This document shows, piece after piece, positions 36,843-49,500 of a stretch of 64,000 nt of DNA. Below the pieces are notes generated by a model that saw nothing but the letters and a program-made list of their open reading frames with translations, was not told where the DNA came from and ran no database searches. The number at the start of each line of letters is the position of its first letter. The first letter of the stretch is position 1. The stretch lies in contig VJWM01000250.1 in assembly GCA_010909165.1 (NCBI GenBank), positions 160,944 to 224,943 of the forward strand. The letters run 5' to 3'. The position numbers and the translations under genes were made by a program. This stretch comes from Anthoceros angustus. Taxonomy: Eukaryota; Plantae; Anthocerotophyta.

Positions 36843-37002
36843 GATAAGGACTTACCAGGATTCCGTTCATCCCTGCTCATTTTCTCACAGTCACGTTCAT
36901 AGCGACCCCCTCAGAGAGTGTGAGGTTAGGACTTTCGTTCGCATACAATTTTGGTTGCCTAATGTCAAGGGCACTTTTGGCTAACACTGTTTCAGCACGA
37001 CA
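36843..37002 (+). repeat. Repeat B2 (element 3' end)
   Basis: Second copy of B, ending cacgaca. Followed by aaatt and resumption of the Copia gag. Confidence 0.95.
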
Positions 37003-38649
37003 AAATTTTCAGCGTTCCACATATAATCCACAGCAGCACCAAAGCAGAAATATGACCTGCTATTGGTGCAAGATACCCGGCCATATTGAGAAGGATTGCC
37101 GGAAGAAAAAGGCCGGTGAGCCTCGACGAGATACAAGTCTCCCTGAATCAAATGTCACAACAACAAAAGCTAAGTCACCCACAATCTTAGTTGTTTGTCT
37201 TTCATCTGTCCATTCTCAAGTAGAAACTTGGTTTTTAGATTCTGGAGCCACTAGTCATATTTGTTTTGACAGACACTCATTTAAAACTTTCTCACCCACA
37301 TATGATGCCAATCAGTTTGTGCTTTTGGGTGATGATGGGCTTTCCATCAAAGGCTTGGGCTGGTCACATGTCCCTAGACGAGTCTTCACTTATACTTTCT
37401 GGCATTTTATTTGTCCCTTCTATGACCAAAAATTTGATGTCAGTGATTAAGTTGTCACAACAACACTCTTGCCGAGTCTGCTTTGATCAATCTGGTTGCA
37501 CTGTAACGCATGTTCCATCAAGTCAGGACCTTTTCATAGGCACCCCTTTTCATGATTTGTATTTATTAGATGTCAAATCGATAGTGCAACCTCAACCCAC
37601 TCAGTTTGTTAATGCCATTCAAAGACAAGCTTCAATGCAACTTTGGCATTGTCGTCTTGCCCACGTCAATTTTCAACGTCTAGCATCTCTAACAAAGGGT
37701 GATAGTTTTCGAGATCCACTTACCTATCTCCTTCTACCCCTTCGCGGACGCCCGCACCTTAGTAAAGCCTTTTCTAAGCCATATACGGATCTCCACTCAA
37801 CAAGGGCCTCGCCTTTTGGATACTATTCATAGTGACATTTGTGGCCCTATGTCCACCAGCTCATTTGGAGGAGCTATTTATTTATTACATTCATAGATGA
37901 ATGGAGCCGCTATTGTATTGTTTATGTGTTAAGACATAAAAGCGAGGCTCTTATGTGTTTTCAAACCTATGTGCGTTTTGCAACCCGTAGAGATGTGTCA
38001 CAAGGTTAAAATTTTACGCAGTGACAATGGTGGCAGTACATCGCCATGCTTTTTAACTTTTGCTCTTCGGAAGGGATCCATCACCAGCTCACCGTGCCGT
38101 ATACTCCTGCTCAAAACTCTTTTGCTGAGAGGAAAAACCGGACACTCCAGGAGGCTACTTTGGCATCTCTCACTTTTGCTAGTCTCTCTCGTGGATATTG
38201 GGCTGAAGCGTTGATGGCTGCTAACTATGTTCTCAACCGACTACCTTCTAAGGAGCTTGGTTTGACTACTCCTTATGAGAGATGGACAGGACACAAGCCC
38301 CGCATTGGGCACTTGCGTATATTCGGATCACCAGCTTATGCTTATGTACCTGTAGCTACTCGTCATAAGATGGACTTGAAGGCTATTCGCAGGATTTTTG
38401 TGGGCTACTCCGACGATGTGAAGATTCAAGTTATTTGATCCTCTACACGTGTGACCATCTCACGCAGGTGGTTTTTAACGAAGATATTTTGCTTCACAAC
38501 ATGTCCGCCACACTCCCTCGAGCAACTATGCCTCTTGCATCTATATCCGTGTGACCCACCTCTCGAATTTGCATTTGATGATTCTTCTGTTACTATTTTT
38601 GAGGATGACTCCTCTTTGGCTTCAGAGGGGCTGATAACCCTTCGCTAAT

Positions 38650-40745
38650 CACCTTGTAGCTCCAACTCCCATTGTTGCGGTGATGATCACCACTCTTCGG
38701 GTAACAAGGAGGAGGACGATGCGAGTTGTCCAAGTTAGAAACGACTTCAAGAAGTCCCTTGCCAACTGTGGTGAAGGGTACTGCTAACAAACGGGTGGTT
38801 GCAGATGATGTAAACCCTGTTGGTGTCATCTCTCGGGCTACCGGATGGTGATTTCTCATAACCTCAACCTGAGCCTATTTCTGCTCATGTTGAGGAGTCC
38901 CCAAGAGAAATTCTAGAAAATTGCTTGGACTTGGATGTGAAGGGCCCAAGGGGCCCTAAAAGGAAGCGAGACTGGGATCTTGAACATGAGGTCCTGGATA
39001 GCCATCTGCATGAATTTGGTGAGTTCCTTCAGGCCAGTTGAAATCATGATTGCGTTATTTGTGATGGGCTATTTTGTTCAGTCCTGTGGTGTTTTATTGT
39101 AGGATTCATCTTGAGAGACTCTCCATCATTCTTTCCCATGAAAGATAGAGCCTACTATGTGCTGAAGGCATTTTGCAATCCTTTAATCCATCCTTTTTGA
39201 GAGCAAAATGTTGCCACATTGCAGCTTGTGGAATCAAGTCTCCGGAAGACTATTTCAGGTCCTTGGACGTTTCATTGTGTTGTTCAACAGTTTTTAAGTC
39301 CTAACTTACGATTTTGGAGGAATAATGTAAGGAATGAGGCTCGGCACTATTTGAAGGGTGAGAAGAAAGTCAAGACATACTTGCCAAAGAGCCTGAAGAG
39401 GGAATACTGGGAAGTATTCTTGAAAGAGGAACAGGCGAAGATTGACGGGTCTGTCAAACCCAGCCAACAAAAACTTGTTGCTCTGAAGAGGAGCACAGAG
39501 GTTGCTAGCAAGCCTTATAGCCACTATGGATTTGGAGGTCAACGACACTTTGTGGATAGGTTCAAGGGTAGGTTTGGTAGGGACCCATCGTTGGAGGAGA
39601 TCGGTCAGGTCCAAGCCGTGACACCGGTCAAGAAGCTACATGCATTTTGGAAGGCTAAAACGCAAGTCCTCCATTGGGGACTCGGAAGGATGTAGTAGGG
39701 AAGTTGGACGTGGAATGTGGAATCTTTACATGAAGCAGGGTATGAGAGTGAAGAGTGTGATGAAAAAGTCATGGAGGCAATTCTTCAGAAGAACGTTTTG
39801 GATGAAGGCTTCATGGTGGAGCATTTGCTTCCTCGAGCGGTGGCAAAGAAAGCAAAGAAATCCACTGGCTAATCCACGGTGAGAGTTTACACTCAGTACC
39901 TTATCCTTGTTCGTTTTGGTTTATTAGTGCTCTGATTAAGGTGGAAATTGTGTGACGCTTAGCTGGGGGACACTATCTATTTTGTAGACTTGGCTAAACT
40001 TGTGAACTGAGCATGCTCGAGACTGGAGGGTGGAGTGGAGAAATTTGCTTTGTTGGGTTTGTGGGTAGAAGGTGAATAGGCTGCCTGTATTGCATTTGTA
40101 GAGTTTCAAGTTCAAACTAAACCAAATGATATTACTACGGGCCCCTGGACTATAGTGTTTTGTTTTACTACGCAACTAAACTTTACAACGAAATAAAACT
40201 TTACTACAAGCTAGTACTTTACAACAGACTAAACGGGCCTACTATTTACAACGGAATTGAACTTTACAACGGAGGTGCACATTACAACGGAAGTGACCTT
40301 TACAATGGAGATGTACATTACAACGGATAATGTTGTAAAGAGTTTTACAATGCCAAGAGGGTTAGTTAACATGGGTTATCTAACTAAGGTTATATAGTAT
40401 GAATCCGAACCTTGGTTAGCCAACTTCAGTTAACAAGACTAGAGTAAACTAACCATGGTTGGAGGAACCCTAGTATTTAAACTGGAAAGTACTGTAGTAA
40501 AACGCTTTGTACAGTAAATGTAGTAGAAGATGTTGTAAAGGCTAACCGGAGTACGGTGTACTGGGTTTAGGTACACCATACACATGCGCCCATACCGTAT
40601 ACGAATACACCGTGTATGGCAGGAAGCCTTTTACTACGGACACAAACACAGTGTGCTTACTACGAGTGTTTTACTACAACCTTAGTAAAGTCATAGTAAA
40701 ATCCGTAGTAAGGTCCGTAGTAAAAGGGCCCGTTTCCCAGTAGTG
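38650..40745 (+). mobile_element. CACTA (En/Spm) transposon fragment: TnpA-like remnant, subterminal repeats and right terminus
   Basis: Ends ...cccgtttcccagtagtg (reverse complement CACTACTGGGAAA). Many tttac(t/a)acgg repeats in both orientations at 40130-40730. ORF 39219-39695 (SHYGFGG..FGRDPSLEEI) resembles TnpA-type proteins. Left end not found, so the left coordinate is approximate. Confidence 0.75.
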
Positions 40746-40936
40746 TCTTGCTGCTGCGTGTCGTCATGTCCCAAAGGTGGACTGCAATGATAAGGGCAAT
40801 AGTCGCAAGGATGAGAGCGATGAGAGCGAAGATTTCAGCTGTGGATTTGGCTATTGTCGAGGAGCTCGCGCAGAATCGGCCGAAAGGGCGGCGCCCGTAA
40901 GCGGGACGTGTCAGGCTTAGTGGACTCCGTTAGGTT

Positions 40937-41139
40937 AAGAGGGAGCGTTAAAGGGGTAACCCTACACTAGTCAACTAAGTGATGAACTAGGGTTATCTAT
41001 AGTGGGTTAGTCAACCAAAAATACTTAAACAATTTTGTTCAATGTTTAATCATTTATTACTTTTTTGGTAGCTTGTATGCACAAGGGTCTCTCTTTCTTG
41101 GCTCTCGCTCTCTGTTCCCAAAATTCACTGATTCTTACA
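40937..41139 (+). mobile_element. PPT plus short LTR-like 3' end of an unrelated plus-strand element
   Basis: aagagggag followed by (c/t)gttaaag...gattcttaca. It replaces the distal part of the chromovirus 3' LTR. Confidence 0.4.
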
Positions 41140-41345
41140 GACCACTGATCACTAAGAGTCCTCTCTAAGTAGCTCTTCATTTGTGGGTGTAGCAATTCCT
41201 CGCTAACAGGAGATTGCATGAAGCATGCAACACATGCATCTTCTTAACAGGGCAGCTACTAACTTAACTTTTTACCTCTTTTAACTTTTCACTTTTCTAC
41301 CTTATTTCACTAGTGCCGTTACTCTCCCCCACTGGGAAGATGTTC

Positions 41346-43532
41346 TCAATGACCCCCAGTGTTACGTGAGATCATCCATGATCCTTGTTGCACATCTTCA
41401 AGTGAAACCCAGATAGGATCTGCATAACCATGAAGCCTTACAAGATACTCTGGTACATTACCACGAACAGCAAGCGCTTCTCTCTCTGCCAAGAATTCAA
41501 TAATTTCTCGCAGACCATGACTGTGTTGAACCAAGATGACATAATCCTTCCTGTTCATATCCTCATTGTGTTTCGAAATCACAAATGGTTTCAGCAAAGA
41601 GACATGAAATACATTATGAGAGAAGATCCATTAAGGCAAATGTAGTTTGTAAGCCACATCTCCAATGCGCTTCAGAACTACGAAAGGTCCTCCATACTTA
41701 GGCCTTAACTTTGAGGTCAACCCTTGTGGCCGTGGGAAATTCTTCAATTTCACCCACACCTTGTCTCCTACTTGAAACTCTACCTTGCCGGCTCACAAGA
41801 AACTTCTTTTGCATGTCCCGAGCCTTGGCCAATATCTTCTTAGCAACTTCATGCCCGGCCCTTAACAGCTCAATGCAATCACTTGGTTCTCTTGCTGTTG
41901 TCTCAAACACACCAGCATTCAACATCGAAACTACGTCCATCGCTTTGTTATCTGTCATCTGAAAAAGGTGTGTAGCCTGTGGAGCTATTTACAATGTTAT
42001 TATAACTAAACTCTGCATCCTCAAGATGATTACTCAAGTCTCGCTAGTCCATCTGTACACAGTGTCGTAAGTATTCTTCTTGGATTCTGTTCACCCTCTC
42101 TGTTGATCCATTTGTATCAGGGTGGTACGCTGTGCTTATACATAATTGCACTCCTAAGCTCTTCATTGCCAAAACTCAGAACTGGGATCTCACACAATAT
42201 GCATAGGCGTCCATGTAACACATATACATGCTTCTTGAACAATGAGCAACATGAACATCGACATGAGCTAACTCACCGCTTCTTTGTAGGGATGAAGTGT
42301 GCTTGCTTGTCAATCTATCAACCCATGATAGTGTGTGTCCATTCTTGGTGGCAATGGCATAATGAAATCCATTGATATACTTTTCCAAGGCCCACTTGGA
42401 ATAGGCAGGGTTGCAACAAACCTCGATTTGTCCGCTCCACCTTATCGATACCTACACAAGACTTAACATACTCAACAAGATGCTTGTACATTCCAGCCAA
42501 TAAAATGCTTTCTCAACTTCTCATAAGTTGGGTCAATTCCTCTATGACTGCACTTGGCACATCATGACACTGCAAGCAACTTCCTTCTCAACACATGAGA
42601 ATCGTGAATCACAATCTTTGCTTGAACATCAACAAGCCATTTCTAAGCTTAAACTTAGATCCGGTTGCTCCACTTCATTGATCCAATCAATGGATCTCGC
42701 AGATAAGCTTCCTTGATCATGTGAGTGTCCTTGGCTCAATCACCATCTGTTGCAGCTAGCTTAGGCCTCTTGAAAAGCGCTTATCAAACTTAAACTCGCT
42801 ATGACTCAAAGCATCTGCCACAAGATTCTCCTTCCCTGGCTTGTACTTAATAGACACATCATACATTGCTAGGAAATCTTGCCATCTAGCCTATCTTGCG
42901 CTTAGTTGCAGCTGATTAGTAAAGAAGCTTGTGCTTACATTGTCTATGTACAACACAAAAGATCTTCCTGAAAGCTAACTTCTCCAAATCTTGAGACAAT
43001 TGATGACAGCAGTCATCTCCTTTTCATAAGTGGAGTACTTCCTTTCATGTTCATGCAGCTTCTTTGACTCGTAAGCCACTAGTATACCTTTTTGCATGAG
43101 CATTGCACCAATTGCAATATCTGACGCAGCAGTATATACTTCTATATCCTTCTTCGGATCATAGATTGCCAATTGGGTAGTCTTGAGTTTCAACGAAACT
43201 CGAATGCCCTCGACATTCATCATCCCACTTCCAAGCCTTCGCCTTCTTTAAGAGATCAGTTAATGGGGCAGCAATCTTGGCAAACATCGGTACAAATCTT
43301 CTGTACACGCTAGCCAATCCCAAAAACATACACACCTCGTGCACATTCTTTGGTGGCAGCCAACTCTGTATGGCCTTTACTTTATCAAGATCCATCCTGA
43401 TACCATTCGCAGAGACAATGAATCCAAGGAAGTCTGAATCCAAGGAAGTCTATCTCTTCCTTGACAAAGTCACACTTTGTTATAGCTAAGAACAAAGAAT
43501 TTGCTGTTAACCTTTCTAACACTTTCCTCAAG
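41346..43532 (-). pseudogene. Chromovirus pol 3' part (RT end, RNase H, integrase, chromodomain)
   Basis: [24 protein letters not shown]; [12 protein letters not shown]; IAIGAMLMQ; chromodomain-like segment at the C-terminus. Confidence 0.88.
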
Positions 43533-46500
43533 AGTTTGAGGTGCTTTGCGGAAGCGTTTGATCAAAGATAGTGCTTTACTAATTGATACAATTGATTACA
43601 AGAGGTGGGCTTTTATAGCCTATGTCTGAAGAGTTGTACCTCTTCGGTATAAGATACCAAAGGGTATGACCACGCTGGGTTAAGCTAGCTAAGGTAACCA
43701 TAACCAACGCGGTCTGTACTTCTAACTCTCCCTCTCAGACTAGTTGGGTTATCTAAATCAAAGAACTAATAATCATTTGCCGCTGGAGTATTGTATAGGT
43801 ACTACGGTCTTCAACTAAACTCAACTCACCGATCGTCATAGGTCATAAGTAAGATTGAAGCAAGCGGTCTACAATAGTTGTCAACTTCAAGTAATCGTTA
43901 CGAGATAAGATCGCCTCACCAAATGTGTGGTGGTCCGACTTCAAAAAGCACTGATCAACCAATCCAAGCCCTTCTCTGTGGGCAGTGTTTGAACTTGCAA
44001 GGATTTTGTCGATTATGTCTGCTTTGTATTGTCGTTGTGGGTACATCTTGTACCTTAACAATTCCCTCTCGGCGTCACGAATATAATGGTGTTGAATCTC
44101 AATATGCGTGCGCATGAAAGACGGATTAGCGACAAGAGCAATGGTGACATATTGTCACAATTAAGCTTGGGCCCTTCACTTCATATCCAAATCTTCACAT
44201 AGCTTTCTTTCCCATTCGGCCTCTTTAGTGGCTTGAGTGCTTTGTACTCGATTACATTGATGAAAGTGATATTGCAGCTTGTTTTCTACAAGACCAATTA
44301 ACAACAATGGAGCGCAAGCAATATCTTTGAGATACTTTTTCGGTGTCGTCAAGCCCAATCTGCATCGACAAAGCATGTCGATGGCGGATGCTTCTTTCCG
44401 CTAGGCTTGAAGCAGGCGAGGCCATAATTTGGAGTACCCTTGAGGTACCGCATGATGCGCTTGAGAGCAACCCGGTGATCCTTTTCAGATTCTCGAGGCG
44501 AGCAATAGCATTTCACGGTGTTGAGATATCAGTGCAGTCGATTACTCAAGAACATGAGAGTACCAACTCCCATACGATAAGGAATATTTTCCATCTCTTT
44601 CTTTTCCTGCTCGATTGTGGCGGTAGCGGATGAAACTCTCCTCAGGCGCGGTGTCGCCCGTGCATTCTCCAAATTGAGCGTTTTAACATACCATACATAT
44701 CTTCCTTGATGGAGATAGATAGCACCGATGGTATCTCTATGTACATGCATACCAAGAATATATTTAACTTTGCCGAGATCCTTCATCTCGAATTCTTTAC
44801 TAAGGTCACTTTAATCTTGTTAACTAGTTCAATATTGTTGCAGAATAACTAAGTCATCAACATATAGTGCAACCAGCTGAGGGAGGTGCGAGTACATAGA
44901 TATTGGTGTCGCTTCACTTTGGATAAACCCTATCTTCTTGAGGTAAGAGTCCATTCTCTCATACCATAAGCGTGGGCTTTGCTTTAGTCAGTAAATAGAG
45001 CGAATAAGTTTACACACCTTGTTTGGGTATTGCTCATCCTCATAGTCTTGGTTGATCCATATAGATCTCTTCTTGCGAGATGACCATAAAGGAAAGCGGT
45101 ACAAACATCAAGGCGATAAATTTCAGTTAAGCTCGGCACATAAAGCCGGGAGCATTCTCACAGGCGACCTTGACTACGGTGAATAATATACCACGATAGT
45201 CCACTCCTCTTTCGACTATAACCCTTAGCCACTAGTCTCGCCTTATAGCGAATACGAGGTTCAACCTCCGGAATTTAGTTTTGAGAACCCACTTGCATTT
45301 GTGATGGTTACGCCTTTGGCAAGTTTACTAGAGTCCGTATTGTTTTGATAAGAGAATTATATTCATCATCAATAGCAAACTTCCACTTAGCGCATCGTCG
45401 CGAATATGCCTCTTGAAGAGTGAGAGGATCTCCCTACGAAGGGCAACAAAAGCGTTGAAATGACTGCGGCGGTGGTGGTGTGACTTGATTGAACTCTAAA
45501 TCAAAGGGGATCTCATTCCAGAGGTGTCTCGGTTGACGATGACGCGAAGGATACCTTCGCTCAGGGGCTGGATCAAGTGTTACGGGAGAAGGTGGAGCAG
45601 GAACTGTCTCTGGGTCTTGTGAATTAAGAGCACCAAAGTCGTCTCTGTTTTCATAAGGATCAACAATGGCCTGTTCATCTTCCCCCTCTCGAGCAGGAAT
45701 AATAGGTATAGGTGCTGCTTGAGGTGAAGAGGCCAGGGATGGAGCAGTTGCGGGACCAGTCGGGAAAAGCAGTGAGTCAAAACTCGGGCATAAGGTCACC
45801 AGGTCGGAAGAAGCGATGTCGTCGAAGGGCGGCGAATCCATGGACTCGAGCATGCTAGCAGAGCCTCATCAAAAGTGTGACGAGCATATACAATAGCATG
45901 GGTATCCAAGTCAACGGTTTATAAGCCTTACGGTCCTCGCCATAGCCAACAAATACCGACGCGAGCGCTTGTCAGCGAGAGGAATATTAGCATAGGGGCG
46001 TGAAAATCCGAAGATGAGTAATAAGAGGCTTATATCCATGCCAGGACTCAAAGGGTGTCGGCGAGGACTTGGACTTAAGAATCGCCTGATGTTAACCGCT
46101 TGAAGGGTTTGGGGGCCAGCGGGCTAGCATGGCGCGGGCCATGGCGAGCAGATCGCCGTTGGCCTTTTCAGCAACCCCATTCTGCTGAGAAGTATAGGGA
46201 ACCGTAAACTGACGGATAATCCCCCTCTCAAGACAGAAGTCCTTAAATTGCCGGTTATTTAATTCTCCTGCATTGTCAGATCTAATGCACCGAAGCTTGC
46301 AACCGGTTTGCAGCTCAGCCATAGTGACAAAAGGAGTAAAGGAGCCGAAGGAATCACTCTTCAACTTGAGCGGAATAGCAAAGGTATAGCGACTATAGTC
46401 ATCAACAATAGTCATAAAGTGCGCCGCCAAGTGAAGGGGGGAGTGGACCACAAAGATCAACATGGACCAACTCCAAGGGTGAGAGGCGTGTAAAGTAGGA

Positions 46501-49500
46501 TAGGGAAGCTACGTTGTTTAGCATATATACAAGGTTCACATAGCAGATGCATGAAAAGTGTGGTAGCTTATCCCTAAATAAATCACTAGACATCTCTAAA
46601 AGCTTATCATGATTAATATGTCCAAGCCGAGAATGCCATAATAGGAGTCACCTTTGCGAGAACTCCCTCAGCCATGATGGCCATGGCGGGAGGCGTGGTC
46701 GAGAAGGCTGTGATCAGCAGTGCAGGAGAAGACATAGAGGTCATGCAGACGACCTCTAGCAACCACGCCGACCGGGAGCAAGATCTTGTGAGGAGGCAAT
46801 CGCCTCTGCCGAACTCTAACAGAAAGTACCGTCCTTCACCAAGTTGCGGACGGAGATAAGATTCTTCGCCATTTGCGGAACATGTAGCACATCACTTAAA
46901 AGAAGGAGAACCATCTTCAAGAGTAAAAATATGATTACGGTGCATAATAGTAAGGCGAGTCATCGCCGAGAAGAACAAAAGCGTTGATCTTGGGGAGATA
47001 ATCGAAAACATATGGTGATGGCGGCAAATATATGCGGCGGTGAGTCCAATAGCCAAGAGGTCTTGTATTCGAAAGCTACCAAGCTGAGCAATGTCGGCTG
47101 TTTACGCTTGGAGGTCGAGGCCATATTGGCGGACTTGGAAGGCGTCGAGGCTCACCGGCTTTCTTCTTGCGGTCGGGCTCGTGGCACAGAATCGCGATTG
47201 CAGTACCGGGCTTGGAACCACCGAGCTTGGAGAAGGAAGGACCGCGAGAAGGAGCCGAGAAGGCGATGAAGGGCCGTCTCGGTGGAGGAGGAGGCGTAGG
47301 TGGACGTTGGCCTTTGCTAACGAACATAACTCGTTCACCACCATGCTTGAAGTCGCGTTGAATGGAAGCCTCCTCTTGAAGGAGAGCGCCGCAATTTCGG
47401 AGATGGAAATGTTGGGTGTCGACTCTACACTTTGATGAGCCTCTCGAGGTGCCATTACGAGAGGACACAAATGCTTGAAAGTGGCGGGAAGGGAGGCCGA
47501 GTTGGACACAAGCTTCAAATTCGATAAGGAGTGCCTAAAGCGTGGGCCCCGAAGATATCGAAACTTCCCAACATAAGTACCAATGCTCTCATTATTATGC
47601 ATGCGTAAGAATAAAATTAGATTCGTATTATAATGTCATAACATTGGTAGATTGAAAATATCTACTAGCGCCAATGCTCTGCGTGATAGTAGCCCCATCA
47701 AGATGATGTAGGGTAACTTCGTCAAGGCCTGAAATAAGAATGTGAAGTGCAAGCTGTCTTGTTTGATCCAAGAGTCGAGAGCAGAGGGACCAGAGGCGTT
47801 GAATGGTGCCATCCACTATGCCAAGCAAGTCAGTGAGTATGGAGCATACTTGGCATATCTCAAACTTTGTCGTCAAACGGTCTTTTCTTTGAATTCAGAA
47901 GACATTCATATAATTAATAATTGGTATGGGCGTCACATTTGAAGAGGACGCCGATGCCATGGTTCGATGATCAAGTAATATATAATATAAAGAAGGAACA
48001 GTCTAGTTATATAGAGGAGCTTCTAATATAGTAATATGAGAAAGCTTGATGAGCGTAAATAGTATGAAAACAAAGATTAAAATCAAATAGCCCGATGAAC
48101 TATGCCACGATCACCGGGGCATGAATGATATAGGTCTTTGATGAGGTGGCAATCTGAAAATGTTCAACTTGTCCCAAAGGTGATGACACTCCAATTGGAA
48201 GAGCTCACAGTGGCACTGTGATTCATACAAGTGTCGAGGTGGATTCGATCTTGGTGAGGCGAGGAGAAACAGGTTCGTGCTTGATGGCTGAAAAATGCGG
48301 GGCAAGAGGTAACGACGGTGGCGATTTTAAAGTGTGCCCCGAGATCGGAAGAGGTGTCCAGTACCGCCGGGCAGGAGATCCAAAGGGCAGGGGCGTAAAC
48401 AGGCGGGGCCGTTTCGTACATCCCCATAAGAAACTTATGTGGAGTTTCTTTGGAAAGAAACTTAGTTTAAGTTGGCGGGCATCATCAGCAGGGTGAAGCA
48501 GCGGCAGGCGATCGGTCTGGCGCCCGATCGATCGATTGAGGTTGAGGCGCCTGCGGGCGCCACGCGACCTGCTGGAGATATGAGCGGCGCCATCCGGGCT
48601 GTGCGACCGAAACATCCAGTCGAATCCTTCAAATCTCGGTGATGGAAAAATTGGAAGGTGCTGTTGGATTAGCGCGGTGGAGGGCGCCTCATTTTGACGA
48701 GATTGCATGAGATTGGAGTAGTCACGCGATTTCGTGAGATATCCAATCGATCGCATTGCTGATTTTCCGATGCATTTAGCCGAATTCTCCAAACACGGAA
48801 AAGACGTTGTTAGAGAGGCCTGATCTTATACCGCCTTGAGATCTCATTTGCGGATACATGATCATCCTTCCGAAGTCGAGAGAAAATCCGGCGGCAATCT
48901 CGCATGAACTTGAGCATAGGAAGTTGTCGATGGGAGGCTGAATGTGAGTTGCTTTTGATGCAATAGGTGAACTCCCCATGGCAGGTTGTTGCTGATGATG
49001 CTGGCTTGAATGTTGAGAAATATTATCATGTTGTATGTGCTGAAAATTTTGCTGAAAGTCTTGCGAAGTTGAAGCAATTCGTCCATCAGCATAATAGAGT
49101 TTCTTAGCTGTTTTGGATGAATGATTTGAATCATGTCGTTTAGAATGTTGTGATGAAGAATTTTGTAGAGAATGGCTTTGAACTGGTGTAGTTGGAGTAT
49201 AATAAGGTGAATGTGTTCCCGTGTTGTGAGAATGATAGGAAACAGAATTATTATACTCGGAGCTCGAAATATCTCCACAACATCGCAGCAAATCAGTGTC
49301 GCCACTAGAGGACCAAGGTCTAGATGACCTTTGATGGCTTGATGTACTTTCTGTCGAAGATGTCAGCAAATCATTTTGAAGAAAGAAGTTGGATAGCATG
49401 AAGGCTATCTTGCTCCCTAAGTTGTTGAAAAATGTAGAATTCAGCCTATTATAGTTATGAGAACATCGAGGATGCACTCTACGTCTACTTCTCCTCTCTA

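Larger units (their letters stand above)
30760..37002 (+). mobile_element. Split-repeat (A1-int-B1-A2-B2) Gypsy-type retroelement carrying a DNMT3-like methyltransferase and PHD finger; RT/RH/IN deleted
   Basis: TG..CA termini and flanking aaat(t) duplication. Removing it restores Copia gag. Contains protease VLLDTGAQPVIIG, C5-MTase motifs I/IV/VI/VIII, a PHD finger and a G9 tract before B1. Confidence 0.85.
28868..38640 (+). mobile_element. Ty1/Copia element, 3'-truncated (no RT), interrupted by the 30760-37002 insertion
   Basis: LTR-like tgttaaaac.. 28868-29076 and degenerate PBS tggtatcagcc at 29077. Gag-like ~30067-30759 (GALLVEE). After the insertion: CYWCKIPGHIEKDC, WFLDSGATSHI, LWHCRLAHVN, IHSDICGPM, RSDNGG, PYTPAQNSFAERKNRTL. 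Confidence 0.85.

Noticed and set aside
30760-37002. Assignment as a DIRS/Ngaro tyrosine-recombinase element
   Set aside because: No YR motifs seen. The protease, TG..CA ends and TSD favour an integrase-type Gypsy, though the catalytic region is deleted so this is not proven.
40240-40330. Regularly spaced short repeats resembling a mini CRISPR array
   Set aside because: The 9-bp motifs with ~9-bp gaps are CACTA subterminal repeats. The context is eukaryotic and there are no cas genes.
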